From: Octopus sinensis
Lineage: Eukaryota
DNA length: 64,000 nucleotides
NCBI RefSeq assembly: GCF_006345805.1
Contig: NC_042997.1
Coordinates: 137,950,001-138,014,000 of the forward strand
Direction: 5' to 3'
The notes beneath the pieces are model-generated. The model was not told the DNA's origin. It worked only from the letters and a program-made list of their open reading frames with translations, and did no database searches. Position 1 is the first letter of the stretch. Each line of letters opens with the position of its first letter. A program made the position numbers and the translations under genes. Of the stretch, positions 62,031-64,000 are shown piece by piece.

Positions 62031-62969
62031 CCAAAGTAACCCCAAATCAGAGGTGAACAGGGACAATTGTATAAAAAAAGTAATCAAATATTGACTGCAA
62101 CTTATTTTTATTTCATATATCAGTGTACCTATTTAGTCCCTCTAACATAGTCAAATTTAGTTAAGATTGGAAAAAAAAGGTGATGAAATTATTGCAAGAA
62201 GAAGTCTAAAACTGTTTGAAGTAACCCCGTATCAGGGTATATACACACACACACACACACACACATACATAGATACATACAGACACACACATTTACAATC
62301 ATTCATATATTTCCACACACACATTTATATATTTACACACACGGTCATATATTTACACACATAGACACATACTCATATTCATATATTTACACACACATAT
62401 ACACATACATATATATTCAATACACACACACACACACATATATAAACATGTACACAAACACGGATAAATAAATACATATCAAAACACTCCAAGACAAAGA
62501 GAAACCTGTGTACATAAAACACATGTAAAATAAACAAGATTTTGCTGATTACATACATTAGTTGTATTACTTACTGCACATGACACAGCAAGGATGGGCT
62601 GAGCAGTTTAGGGTAGGTAGTCCAGGGAAAGATTTAAATACATCCTTATTCACATGGTGAACTACATTAAATGTCTTGATTTCTTATCAACCATCGGAAA
62701 GCGAAGACACTTTTCTAATAAGGAACATTGATATCAGACTCAAAGGTGAGCATCAAAGAACAATTAATGCCACAATGTTGTTAGAAAATGGACTTTCACA
62801 AGGGGTTTGAAAGTTCAGAAAACCTAATACGACAACAAAAACAGGAAAATAAATAAATGAATTTATATAAGTATTTGAAGTGAGAATGAATTTATATAAT
62901 TTATATATGAACACTGACTGAATATCTGAATATTATATCATATATACATATACCTTAGAGCTCTCTCAT

Positions 62970-62992
62970 TACACACACACACACACACACAT

Positions 62993-63064
<72 letters not shown>

Positions 63065-63086
63065 GTGAGAGAGGAATGAGAGAGAG

Positions 63087-63120
<34 letters not shown>
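62970..63120. repeat. Compound (CA)n/(AT)n/(GT)n microsatellite
   Basis: Direct reading. Confidence 0.9.
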
Positions 63121-63348
63121 AAGATATTTTCAGTTACTAAGTGTGTATATATAAAATAAATGTAATTACAAAGTGTGTGTGTGTGTATAAAATCATCATT
63201 TAACATCTGTTGTCCATGCTGCCATGGGTTTGATGGTTTGACCAGAGCTGGTAAGCTGCACCAGACTCCAGTCTGATTTGGCAAGGTTTCAACAGTTGGA
63301 TGCCCTTCTTAATGCCAACCACTTTACAGAATGTGCTGGGTGCATTAT

Positions 63349-63391
<43 letters not shown>

Positions 63392-64000
63392 CATACACAC
63401 AATGTTACTTTTCTCTTTCTACCCCCATCCCAGAACCACTTCCATTCCTCATTTTCCCCCAGCCATGCTCCCTTCTCCAATTGAGGTGTCCTTGTATCTG
63501 TTCTACAGCAAGACATATCCCACTTCTTTTATTTAACCTCTCATCAACTGGCACAAAGCCACCTCCCTCAATACTACTTATCCCAGTCAAGGAGACATTG
63601 CCTTGACATGCAAGTTATTTGGTGACCCTGCTGGTGATAGTGGTACAAAGAAAAAGAAAGGTACCTGTAAAGTAGTTGGTGCTGGAAAGTGCATCCACCT
63701 GTAGAAACCATGCCAAAGAAGTCAACAGTGCCATCTTCTGGTTTGTCAGCTCTTGTTAAACCATACAACCCATGCCAGCATGGAAAACATGTTAAATAAT
63801 GATGATGATGAGATATATATATCATCATTTAAAGTCCGTTTTCCATGCTGGCATGGGTTGGACACTTGACAAAAGCTGATAAGCCAGCTATCAGGCCGAT
63901 ATGCTCTTGAACTGAATGCTAGTCTGGCACAGGGTCAGCCATTGACAGCTGAGTGGACTAGAGCAACATGAAAGGAAAGGGTTTGTTAAAGAACAACACT

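Overview
This is AT-rich, repeat-dense animal genomic DNA, not prokaryotic. The tRNA-derived SINE families, RTE LINEs, mariner remnants and long (AT)n/(CA)n/(GA)n microsatellites best fit an octopus (cephalopod) genome; that assignment is from memory of these families, not from a search. I cannot identify any complete host gene. There are only several candidate spliced exons, mostly on the minus strand, with no recognisable product. Most ORF-track entries are SINE or microsatellite artefacts. Well-supported mobile content: two internally deleted mariners with TIRs and TA target duplications; a mariner MITE; hAT MITEs with 8-bp target duplications; TTAA (piggyBac-type) MITEs; a Tc2/pogo-type MITE; RTE, CR1 and L2/CR1-like LINE fragments; a head-to-head inverted pair of Penelope GIY-YIG ends; and a GC-rich zinc-knuckle ORF1-like element with no ORF2. 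Three observations are most worth following up. (1) A 45-bp hairpin pairs the 3' end of a candidate exon with the intron just past its donor, placing two exonic adenosines opposite C, which is the geometry of an ADAR recoding substrate. (2) An ORF1-only LINE-like element carries an unrecognised domain of about 130 aa. (3) Hammerhead-ribozyme-like motifs lie at both outer ends of a 1.3-kb Penelope palindrome. All three are hypotheses from reading the sequence by eye.
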